Assembly: GCA_012862495.1 (NCBI GenBank)
Contig: BLSG01000080.1
Span: forward strand, 180,673-200,787
Source of the DNA: Thraustochytrium aureum
Taxonomy: Eukaryota
Length of the DNA: 20,115 bases
Direction of reading: 5' to 3'
Shown here: one piece after another, positions 1 through 9,824 of the stretch
Layout: the number at the start of each line of letters is the position of its first letter
Position numbering within the stretch: position 1 is the first letter of the stretch
Position numbers and translations under genes: made by a program
The notes under the pieces: model-generated
What the model was told of the DNA's origin: nothing
The model's input: only the letters and a program-made list of their open reading frames with translations
Database searches by the model: none

Positions 1-979
1 GCACAGCTCCTCCTCCTCCTCCTCCTCCTCCTTCTTCTTCTTCTTCCTCANNNNNNNNNNNNNNNNNNNNNNNNNNNNNNNNNNNNNNNNNNNNNNNNNN
101 NNNNNNNNNNNNNNNNNNNNNNNNNNNNNNNNNNNNNNNNNNNNNNNNNNNNNNNNNNNNNNNNNNNNNNNNNNNNNNNNNNNNNNNNNNNNNNNNNNNN
201 NNNNNNNNNNNNNNNNNNNNNNNNNNNNNNNNNNNNNNNNNNNNNNNNNNNNNNNNNNNNNNNNNNNNNNNNNNNNNNNNNNNNNNNNNNNNNNNNNNNN
301 NNNNNNNCTTGGGCTTCTTGGTTCCCCAGGACCGCCGGTCTGCAAGGTCTCGCCGAATTCGCCCTCGCGAACTGCACATGCGATCTCGTTTTGCCCGGTC
401 AGGAGCGCGAGCTCCGCGGCAGCCGCGTCCGCGCTTTGCGTCTTCGACTCAGGCCCCTATTCCACCCTCCTCGGCAGCGCTCAATTCGGCGAGGGCGCGC
501 GTGGCTTTCGAGGTCTCCTGGAGCGCGTTGATTGCGACGTCCGTGCTGGAGGCAACTTTTTCCCACGCCTTTTCGGTTGACGCGGCTCGAGTTAGCGGCT
601 CCTTAACCCCGTCTTCTCCCGCTTCGGCCAGTTTTCTCTCTATTGCTCGGTCTTCAGACTTTACGGGCGAGATGTGCCACATCATGCTGCCCGCGTCGGC
701 CTCGTCATCACTGCCGTCATCGCCTAATGCGAACCGCGGTGTGAGACCGTGGTGTGCCAGCGGGGCGTCGCGCTCATCGTCCTCCACTCCCCGCCCTTCT
801 ACATCGTCGCCTGCTGCCGCGGACGGATCGCCCGCCGCGAAGGGCGAAGTCGGGGTGCCTGACGTCGACATTGAATTGCCCCCTTGTTCCCTGTTCGGCA
901 CACGCTCGCCTGCTCCCTGGTCAGCGCCGCCTATGCCTCTGGCACTCAGCGCCGAGAGCTTGAGCCTCAGCGCCCTCAT
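1..979 (-). CDS. Hypothetical acidic, low-complexity protein; 3' end runs through the gap and probably off the window; contains a 1-nt frameshift near 454-457
   Basis: ORF 449..1315 becomes protein-like from ATG 979 (MRALRL..., context ggcgccATG) or ATG 871 (MSTSGTPTSPF...GDDGSDDEADAGS...). It stops at TGA 449-451, but removing one G from GGGG (454-457) continues it open as GPESKTQSADAAAAELALLTGQNEIACAVREGEFGETLQTGGPGEPRSP up to the gap at 307. The GAA/GAG repeats at 7-49 could encode a poly-E/K/G tract. No family recognised. Confidence 0.5.
7..48. repeat. (TCC)n(TTC)n trinucleotide microsatellite beside an assembly gap
   Basis: Directly visible: ctcctcctcc...cttcttcttcttcttcc; probably coding on the minus strand. 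Confidence 0.9.
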
Positions 980-2007
980 GGCGCCTCCGTCGCAACCCGC
1001 GGCGCCGTCGCGAGGCAAGCAGCCAGCCCGGGGGCCAGCCTCGCGCCGCCTTCTTCGCCGTTGCTGTGCGGTCTGTCCCTCCGACGCAGCTCGTGGGTCC
1101 CGCAGGCGCCACCGCAGGCTCCTCCCTTCCACGAACGCCTCCTGCGCCCTGCCGCCGCTGCAGTCTCCCTTGGCACGTCTCGGCCTCAACGCTGCGTCGC
1201 AGTCTTCCGCGTCCGTGGCACACCAAACTGCAGAACAACGGCCGTGCGCACCCCGCGCGGGACCTGCGCGGAAGCGGACGCAGCCGCGGCTTGGTTGATC
1301 GCTCCCTGAGCTCACTCTCGAGATGGATCGCTCGGTTGGTCGCTCGATCGACTGTTCCGCCCTCGTCTGGGCGCGCCTCTGCGCCCGTGTCGCCCCGCGC
1401 CCGCCCGCGTTGTCTGCCTGCCCACCTCCATCTCCGACAGCGTCCCGCCTGAGGGTTTACCGAGGCAAACGTAGCTCGAACAACAGTTCCTTCATGAACA
1501 AAACGAAGGAAACGTCCTACCCCTACCCAGCTGCACTGAGTGCAAGAGAGTTAGTCGAGGTGTTGCGGACACGCTGATGAGGACGTTTCGAGGGGAATGG
1601 TGATTTGTTCCTTTCCTCCAACGAACAAAACGCGCGGCTCGTCCCTGTCGGGAGAGCGTTTGTCGAGGCGAGTCTTGGCAGGAGAAGAGGGTTTATCGAG
1701 GGTTTGTCAGCACGGCAACGGAGGAGCGGCAGAGGGAGAGAGTGGACAGGAGAGGCGGCGAGGCAGACGCGAGTTGGGGAGCGGCTGGCAGCTAGGCCAC
1801 GGCTGCGTGGAAGACCGACCTGGACGCAAGGCTGCAGGGCCTGGCCTGACGCGGGAGCCTGGCGCCGGAGGCTGGTTCGAGGCGGCGCAAGCGGGTCGCG
1901 GGGCCCTGGAAGACCTGGAACTCGAGGCAGGCGATCGTAGCGGCGCTCTCACGCGCCGTCGCGGACGGGCGAAGAGGGGCTGGGCTGGACGCGACGCGTG
2001 AGGGGAA

Positions 2008-3664
2008 ATGGCGCCACGCAAGATCGTCAAGTCGCTGCTCGACCTCGAAGCCGTGCAGACGGCGATAGAAGAGGCCGGCGTGGACAAGGCCAAGGCAGAG
2101 GGGCACGCGAGGAGGATCGTGCAAGCCGCGTTCAGGCATGAACGGTTCAAAGTCCACAGGGAGCTNNNNNNNNNNNNNNNNNNNNNNNNNNNNNNNNNNN
2201 NNNNNNNNNGTAAAGGCGCACGCGGAGAAGGAGGCGGCAGGAAACGACTCAAGGTCGCCCCTGGAGCGCTGCAACCAGCGAGTCGAGCGAGAGTTTAGCG
2301 TCGATATGGTGGACAACTTGCCGCGCGGGGTCGGCGAGGCGCTGCGAGACTGGCGCGTGCTGACCACGCGCGTTGTGCACGTGTCCGAGTCCACCGACTA
2401 CGTGACCACCAAGTTGCTCATCGAGCTGGAGAGCGGCCACCAAGTGGAGGCCGTCATCTTGCGGCACAACAAGCGCACCACGCTCTGCGTGTCGAGCCAG
2501 GTCGGCTGCAAAATGGCGTGCACCTTCTGCGCGACGGGCACGCTCGGGCAGCGCGCCAACATGACGTCTGGCGAGATCCAGGAAGAGATGGTGCACGCCA
2601 ACAGGTTTCTCCAAGGGGCGCGCGAGCCGCGCATCGTGAGCAACGTGGTCTTCATGGGCATGGGCGAGCCGCTAAACAACTACAACTCGCTCGTGGCCGC
2701 TTGCCGGGGCATGACAGACACGGCCCGGTTCGCGCTGTCGCCCGGCAAGGTCACGGTCAGCACGGTAGGAGTCATCAACCGCATGCTGTCGCTCCAGAAC
2801 GACGTGCCAGGCGTCAGCCTCGCGCTCTCGTTGCACGCGCCAAACCAGGAGCTCCGGCAAACAATCATACCCACGGCCGGCGCCTACCCGCTCCCCAAGC
2901 TCATGGATGCTGTACGCCACTACCTGGGCACAAAGCAGGCCGACTCGTCGCGGGACGCCTTCGTCATGATAGAGTATATTCTGCTCTCTGGCGTCAACGA
3001 CATGCCCCACATCGCGCACGAGCTCGCGGAGCTCCTCGATCCAATCAAGGCTCAGGTCAAAGTCAACCTCATCCCGTACAACCCAATCTTCAACGCCGAA
3101 GGGCTTGCCAAGACCTTTCGCGCCCCGACACAAGAGGACGTGGACGAATTTCAGCGAATCATCCAGACTGAGCACGGCATCTTTTGCNNNNNNNNNNNNN
3201 NNNNNNNNNNNNNNNNNNNNNNNNNNNNNNNNNNNNNNNNNNNNNNNNNNNNNNNNNNNNNNNNNNNNNNNNNNNNNNNNNNNNNNNNNNNNNNNNNNNN
3301 NNNNNNNNNNNNNNNNNNNNNNNNNNNNNNNNNNNNNNNNNNNNNNNNNNNNNNNNNNNNNNNNNNNNNNNNNNNNNNNNNNNNNNNNNNNNNNNNNNNN
3401 NNNNNNNNNNNNNNNNNNNNNNNNNNNNNNNNNNNNNNNNNNNNNNNNNNNNNNNNNNNNNNNNNNNNNNNNNNNNNNNNNNNNNNNNNNNNNNNNNNNN
3501 NNNNNNNNNNNNNNNNNNNNNNNNNNNNNNNNNNNNNNNNNNNNNNNNNNNNNNNNNNNNNNNNNNNNNNNNNNNNNNNNNNNNNNNNNNNNNNNNNNNN
3601 NNNNNNNNNNNNNNNNNNNNNNNNNNNNNNNNNNNNNNNNNNNNNNNGCAAGAGCCCAAATTAG
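2008..3664 (+). CDS. rlmN: RlmN-like radical SAM RNA (adenine-C2) methyltransferase, eukaryotic type; 3' end uncertain (gap 3188-3647)
   Basis: ATG 2008 MAPRKIVKSLLDLEAV..., joined across the 44-N gap to the 2138 frame: KLLIELESGHQVEAVIL, TLCVSSQVGCKMACTFCATG (CxxxCxxC), VVFMGMGEPLNNY, VTVSTVG, LALSLHAPNQELR, IEYILLSGVND, VNLIPYNP. These are all RlmN/Cfr family motifs. The C-terminal ACGQL catalytic motif would lie in the gap. Confidence 0.93.
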
Positions 3665-3675
3665 AACCATCGTGT

Positions 3676-3717
3676 ATCCATCCATCCATCCATCCATCCA
3701 TCCATTCATCCGTCCGT
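3676..3717. repeat. (CCAT)n tetranucleotide microsatellite
   Basis: atccatccatccatccatccatccatccattcatccgtccgt, downstream of the RlmN-like gene. Confidence 0.9.
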
Positions 3718-4121
3718 ACTGACCTCAAACCCTGCCGCTGCGTGGGCCTGCAGCAAGCAGGGCAGCAGCACCCAGCCAACCAAGCGCGGCGTCCGCAGCG
3801 CGTGCGAGCTGTGCGCGTCCTGTTCGCCGCGACAGTGCCCACGGGGTAGGTAGCCTCTCGAGAGCATCCCAGCCCCAGAGCGCCGCGAGCAGCGCAGTCC
3901 CCAAATCACTCTCGCACGGACCGCGCGCGCAGGCAGACCGCTCGGCGCGCGCCGGACACGCCGAACAGGCGGGCAGCTGGAAGCGCGCTGGCCAGACCGC
4001 ACTCTGGCCGTCGCAGACGTTGCTCGCAAGGGCTGGCGCGGCCCTGAATCGTCTTGCTTGGGTGTATCCTGACGGATAGTGCGACCGCGAGCCACCAGCG
4101 CGAGATACGGCGCCGGACAGG

Positions 4122-6273
4122 ATGGGCGACTACGCGGAAGACAGCGACGATGACCTTTTCGGCAACTTTGACGACGTGGGCGAGGACGAGAGCGGGTTTG
4201 GCGCCGCACGAACCGTCCGAGCGGCGAAAAAGGGTATCGTCTTCGTCGTCGAGTGCAGCGAGGCGATGCTAAAGATGGACTCGCATCGAGCCGTCGAAGG
4301 CGATGAGGAGAGCGACGATGGCATGGACGACTCGGCAGCGGCCGACGGAACCAAGAGAGCCTTCAATTCGTGTGCGCTTCAACGCGCCATGGAGGNNNNN
4401 NNNNNNNNNNNNNNNNNNNNNNNNNNNNNNNNNNNNNNNNNNNNNNNNNNNNNNNNNNNNNNNNNNNNNNNNNNNNNNNNNNNNNNNNNNNNNNNNNNNN
4501 NNNNNNNNNNNNNNNNNNNNNNNNNNNNNNNNNNNNNNNNNNNNNNNNNNNNNNNNNNNNNNNNNNNNNNNNNNNNNNNNNNNNNNNNNNNNNNNNNNNN
4601 NNNNNNNNNNNNNNNNNNNNNNNNNNNNNNNNNNNNNNNNNNNNNNNNNNNNNNNNNNNNNNNNNNNNNNNNNNNNNNNNNNNNNNNNNNNNNNNNNNNN
4701 NNNNNNNNNNNNNNNNNNNNNNNNNNNNNNNNNNNNNNNNNNNNNNNNNNNNNNNNNNNNNNNNNNNNNNNNNNNNNNNNNNNNNNNNGTTGATGTGTGG
4801 CCTCTTGTGGCGCGCGGGGCCTTTGACGAGAACAGGTTCTACAAAGACGCCATCAACAAGTTGGAAGGCAACGCGATGGAGACCGACGACCCTCTCGACC
4901 CGGGGATCCGCGAGCCAGGGCAAATTTTCTACACGGACGGCATAGACGTGGAAAGCCTGCGCAACTTTGTCCGGAAAAAGGACGCAGCCAAGCGCCGACT
5001 CGCCCCGCTCACGCTCGACATGGGAAATGGGGTGCAAATTGGCCTTGACATGTACCCACTGCTGATGCGGGCCGTCATGCCGGCAGCCCAAAAGCTCGAC
5101 GCGATCACGCAGTCCGTCGTTCGAGTGAACACTCAGTACATCTGCTACGACACGATGACCACGCTCACCCCGGACCAGATCGAATTTTTCTTTGAATACG
5201 GTCCCTCGAGCCGCGTCTTCGTGCGTCCCGAAGAGGTGCGCCTCCTCAAGCGGTTTGGCGAAGCAGCTACGATCCAGGTCCTGGGTTTTAAGCCCTCGAG
5301 CTGCCTCAAGCCTTGGCACGCGCTGCGCTCGCCTTACTTTGTCGTACCCAGCGAAGCGCGCTTCAAGGGCTCGACGACCTGCTTCAACGCGCTCCTCAAG
5401 AGCATGCTCGACAAGGACCTCATCATGATTGCAGCAGCCACGTTCCGCGCCTCCGAGCCCTGCAAGCTCTTGGCGCTCTTGCCGCGCCGCGAGCGGCTCC
5501 TGGATGACGGAGCCGACGGCGACGGTGCTGCAGACGACGACGACGACGACGATCCTTTGCTTGAGCGCGTCGACGAACAGGGCATGGATGTCATTGTGCT
5601 GCCGTGGGCGAACGACATCCGCAAGCTCAAGCTCGGGCCCGACCTCGATCTGGAGGCGGCAATGCAGGGCGAGGCAGACGGCGAGGACGACCTGGGCCAG
5701 CTTCCGACCAAGGCGACCCCTGAGGTGGTCGAGCTCGCCAGCTCTGTTGCTGCCAAGATGATGCTCCGCGCAGACGAGACTACGGGCCGGTACACAACTG
5801 CTGAGAACCCCAACCTGCAAAAGCATTTCGCGGCCCTCGAGTCCGTTGCTCTGCGAGGTGCGGGCCACTCCGACGCGCAAATGGAGTGGGACGCCTCGCA
5901 AGACACGACGCTGCCGTTGCAGTTGAGTCAGTCGAGGCTCCGGCTTGTCGAGGCGTTCAAGTCTGCGTACGGAGGAATCGAGCCGCCCGAGGATCTTGTG
6001 CAGCTTGAAAAGCTCCGCAAGAAAGTGGCCGCATCGTCGCGCTCCACTTCTGCAGCGGCAAAAGCGCCCGCGGCGAAGCGCAAGCGAGGAGCGCCGGCCG
6101 TCAAGGCCGAGCCCTCGGACATTGACTGGAAGCAGATGGCCAAAGACGGCAAGCTATCAAAGATGACGGTGGCGCAGTTGAAGGAGGTCTGCCGTGAGAA
6201 CGACCTCGCGGTCACCGGCAAGAAGGCCGACCTTATCGCGCGTCTCGAGGAGATCCTTGATTCGGGAGCTTAA
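4122..6273 (+). CDS. KU70: Ku70 (XRCC6) DNA end-binding subunit: vWA + Ku core + C-terminal SAP domain
   Basis: ATG 4122 with an acidic N-terminus, then a vWA strand (KGIVFVVECSEAML). After the gap: QVLGFKPSSCLKPWHALRSPYFVVPSEARFKGSTTCFNALL, LLALLP, GMDVIVLPWANDIRKL, ENPNLQKHFAALESVAL, a basic NLS-like PAAKRKRG, and the SAP domain LSKMTVAQLKEVCRENDLAVTGKKADLIARL. Stop TAA 6271-6273. The frame change falls within the N-gap. Confidence 0.95.
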
Positions 6274-6598
6274 AAATGAAGGAGCGATTCGCCGCCGAAC
6301 GCCTGGCTTCAAGCTGAGCCAAGAGGGGCCCTGTTTGGCTGCTTGGCTTGCTTGTGCCTGCCCAGTTCTCGCTAGAGCTTGCTGGAGCTCTCAGACACGT
6401 GGCAACTGCGGGGGTCATTTTTCTTCCGACTCGCGCAGGCTGGCCTCTTTGCCAAGCGTCGTGCTTGCGCGAGCGCCGCCGATCTGACAGAATCGGCAGC
6501 ACAGAACCTGCGCACTTGTGAAACCTCGTCCACTGGCAGGCAAGGAAGGGCCGCCAAGCAAGGTTGATTTTTTCAATTGAATGTTACAATTCCACCTC

Positions 6599-7564
6599 CT
6601 AGCCGCGGATGGGTCGCGGCGCTGCGGCCTGCGCCTTGATTCTGCGCCTCGCCGCGCGCCAGTCTTCCTCGTTCGATTCCTCGTCGCTCCCAGCGGTGCT
6701 CGCTTCAGAGTTGTCAGCAAAGTGAATTGGAGCCGCGAAGACCTCCTCTCGCGTTCCCGCACGCTTGCTCGGGAGGCGCTTCGGCACCGGCTGTGCGCCG
6801 CCGCTCTGGCCATGCGGGCGCGCCCGCCGCTCGACTACATGCACAGCTGGGTACGTCTGCTCGTTTGTGCCGGCAAACCTGCTCAGCCCGTCGGCAGCCG
6901 CAGCAGCCACCGGAATTTGCAGCTCTGCAAGCTGCGCAGTGAAGGTGTCGAAGGCGAGCTTGTCCCCGCACTCAGGAGCGACGGGCCTCCCATCAGCTGC
7001 GGCGGCCGCCGCAGAGTCGAGAAGCCGGATGATCTTGCCAAGCTCGCTTTCGCTTGTCTGGTTCTCGTCGTGCTCCTGGTTCGGCGGGAGCAGGTCGCTC
7101 AGCTTGATGTCGTGCAGCGCGCGCTGCGTAACTTCGTCAAGGGCGAGTTCCAAGCCGAGCCCGTCTCCACAAAGAGAGTCCGAGACCGAGCCGGCTTTGG
7201 ACTCGCACTCTTCTCCCGCGCTCCCTTTGCCCTCGGTGCATCTGGAACCCGTGCTTGCTTGCGACCCAGCGTCAGAGTCGCATTCGGGGCCATCCTCTGG
7301 TCGCGACGCCACCGCTTTGGGAAATTCGTCCGGCGAGTAGGGCCCTCCTTCGTCCAAGGCGCAAAAGCGAAGGCGGCAAGCCTCTGCTGTGAACGCGGCG
7401 GCCTGGTGCCGCGTCGAGGTCTTCACTGGAATAACGTCGAGTCGAACAGCCTTGCGCAGTCTCGCTGCAGCCAGGTCAAAGTCAAACACGCACTCTTCCA
7501 CAAGCCGCACGAGCTCGCGCTCAACATGCCCTTCCCAGGGCGGTGCGTCCGCCATCGCTTCCAT
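6599..7564 (-). CDS. Hypothetical protein (~321 aa) with an N-terminal Myb/SANT-like helical domain and an acidic, disordered tail
   Basis: Part of ORF 6599..7975. The likely start is ATG 7564 (MEAMADAPPW...). WEGHVERELVRLVEECVFDFDLAAARL...FTAEACRLRFCALD resembles the Myb/SANT pattern W-x-E-xx-L...F..(V/A)A..L...T..C..R(W/F). The part upstream of 7564 reads like non-coding sequence. Confidence 0.65.
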   Translation of the reverse strand: MEAMADAPPWEGHVERELVRLVEECVFDFDLAAARLRKAVRLDVIPVKTSTRHQAAAFTAEACRLRFCALDEGGPYSPDEFPKAVASRPEDGPECDSDAGSQASTGSRCTEGKGSAGEECESKAGSVSDSLCGDGLGLELALDEVTQRALHDIKLSDLLPPNQEHDENQTSESELGKIIRLLDSAAAAAADGRPVAPECGDKLAFDTFTAQLAELQIPVAAAAADGLSRFAGTNEQTYPAVHVVERRARPHGQSGGAQPVPKRLPSKRAGTREEVFAAPIHFADNSEASTAGSDEESNEEDWRAARRRIKAQAAAPRPIRG

Positions 7565-8139
7565 GTCGTGCTCCGTCCCACTGCCTGGCCCGCGGGGTTG
7601 GCACAGCTGCTGGCGTGCAACGTTCGTGGGACGAGTCTCCCAGCGAGGTCGACCCGCCTGTCGGGCGTCGAGTTTCCCGGCGCGAACTGCCAAGCCCGCA
7701 GGCGCAGCAGCGCAGGCCTCGCGCGGGCTGCCTCGATGGTCGTGCTCGCGACTGTCCGTGGCGTTGGAGTTCTGCTCCTGCGCCAAAAGGCAGGTCGCTG
7801 ACCTGGGCCACGTTAACGGAAATTGTTGCACAGGTACACTACGGATGAAGGAGGAAGACCTTGAACGACACGAGGTCAGCGTGCTCGAACGGCTGCGCGA
7901 GCCCGGTGGCTCGTCGAGCCTGCTCGGCGCGCTGGGCAAGCGGCTGCGCACGCACTTGCCAGGATTCGTTGGCAAGGGCGCGCGGGCTGCACGGGACTCG
8001 GCTTCTGCTTCTTTTTTTGGTGGAATTCAATGTGGTGTGGTGGCGTGGCTTGCAGCGGAGCTGGGCAGGGCGCAGACTGGGTGGCCTCGCTGCCGCCTTG
8101 AACGCCTCGCCAACGGAACACGCGCAGGGAGACAGAGAT

Positions 8140-9026
8140 CTAGAACGCCGACGTGCCGCGGGGGCCCGCCCGCGGAGGGGCTGAAGAGGCCGCCAACGGG
8201 GCCGACGGAGCTGCGGCTGGCGGCGCAGGGACGAACAGGGCCGTTCGCAGGCGATTGATGGCTGCGGCGATCTCAAAGCGGCGCGGTCGCACGAGGTTGC
8301 CCGACTGCTCGAACGAGGCAATCGCGTCAAGGCCGCGCTGGTCAAGCTCGGTCTCTACCAAGTCCAGCACCTTGTCGAGCGGGACCGATCCGGTGACCAC
8401 GCGGGCCCTGACCACCCACTGCAAGATGTCCGCGATGGCGCGCACTTGGCTGAGCTCCACAAGCTGCTCGACGCCAGACAGGTTCAGATCCGAGTCGCCA
8501 AACTGGATCGTGTCGATGCGCCGCGCCACGACTTTGGCAGCCTCGCCGCGCGGCCGCAGGCTCTCAGGCACGGGGCAGCGGCGCGATAGGACCCCGAATG
8601 CGGCGGGGCTTTGCGCTTCGCGACCACCAGCAACAGGACTGGCCTCGCGGTGAGCCTCCGCGATAGCTTTAGCCCGCTGTGTGACGTCGTGGGAGCGTAG
8701 CTGTCCATCATGACCACCGTGTCGGCCACGTCAAAGTAGTCGCCGCAGCCGCCGATGACTAGGATACTCGAGATCCCGAGCGAGTCGTAGAGGGCGCGCA
8801 CCTTGGCGATGAACGGGGTGATGGGCTCTTTGTCGTTGGAGACGAGCTCCATCATTCGGCAATCGCGAATCATAAAGTTGGTTGCGCACGTGTCCTCATC
8901 GATGAGCATCGTGTCAACGCCAGCTTCGATTGCCTCTATGATATTCGCAGCCTGCGAGGTCGACCCGCTGGCGTCCGGTGTCGAAAACGACGATGTGTCG
9001 CGCCCCATCGGTAGATTGTTGATAAA
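8140..9026 (-). CDS. ABC-class ATPase of the 'ABC_ATPase'/MRB1590-like family, C-terminal half; 5' part in gap; 1-nt frameshift at 8691-8693
   Basis: FINNLPMGRDTSSFSTPDASGSTSQAANIIEAIEAG, Walker B MLIDEDTCATNFMIRD, KEPITPF and ILVIGGCGDYFDVAD. Adding one C restores APHDVTQRAKAIA and joins the 8140..8571 ORF, which has LSGVEQLVELSQVRAI and RPRRFEIAAAINRLRT typical of this family. Confidence 0.9.
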
Positions 9027-9824
9027 NNNNNNNNNNNNNNNNNNNNNNNNNNNNNNNNNNNNNNNNNNNNNNNNNNNNNNNNNNNNNNNNNNNNNNNNNN
9101 NNNNNNNNNNNNNNNNNNNNNNNNNNNNNNNNNNNNNNNNNNNNNNNNNNNNNNNNNNNNNNNNNNNNNNNNNNNNNNNNNNNNNNNNNNNNNNNNNNNN
9201 NNNNNNNNNNNNNNNNNNNNNNNNNNNNNNNNNNNNNNNNNNNNNNNNNNNNNNNNNNNNNNNNNNNNNNNNNNNNNNNNNNNNNNNNNNNNNNNNNNNN
9301 NNNNNNNNNNNNNNNNNNNNNNNNNNNNNNNNNNNNNNNNNNNNNNNNNNNNNNNNNNNNNNNNNNNNNNNNNNNNNNNNNNNNNNNNNNNNNNNNNNNN
9401 NNNNNNNNNNNNNNNNNNNNNNNNNNNNNNNNNNNNNNNNNNNNNNNNNNNNNNNNNNNNNNNNNNNNNNNNNNNNNNNNNNNNNNNNNNNNNNNNNNNN
9501 NNNNNNNNNNNNNNNNNNNNNNNNNNNNNNNNNNNNNNNNNNNNNNNNNNNNNNNNNNNNNNNNNNNNNNNNNNNNNNNNNNNNNNNNNNNNNNNNNNNN
9601 NNNNNNNNNNNNNNNNNNNNNNNNNNNNNNNNNNNNNNNNNNNNNNNNNNNNNNNNNNNNNNNNNNNNNNNNNNNNNNNNNNNNNNNNNGGCGGAACACA
9701 GAAAAATAGTTGGTGCTAGAGGTCGTTTCGGAAAAGCTGGGCGGGTCGCGGCGGGTCGTTGCTTCCTCAGGCTCGCGAGCGGCCCCGCGGCGCGCGAAGG
9801 CCTGCGCGCGGAATCCGGTTTGTA

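Noticed and set aside
1509..1589. Hammerhead ribozyme (CTGATGA at 1574-1580 with a nearby GAAAC)
   Set aside because: Stems I-III cannot be formed in the required order: no stem II closing before GAAA and no properly placed NUH cleavage site. The pairing is just an inverted repeat.
3846..4120. 5' UTR intron before Ku70 (GTAGGT...ACAG/gATG); likewise a minus-strand GTAAGT at 14991-14996
   Set aside because: Splice-like words alone are not sufficient evidence without transcript data.
2008..9026. Prokaryotic-style operon or defence/repair system (RlmN + Ku + ATPase)
   Set aside because: Ku is the eukaryotic vWA-core-SAP type with no LigD partner; genes are on mixed strands with long spacers; neighbours are eukaryote-specific. 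No functional link is evident.
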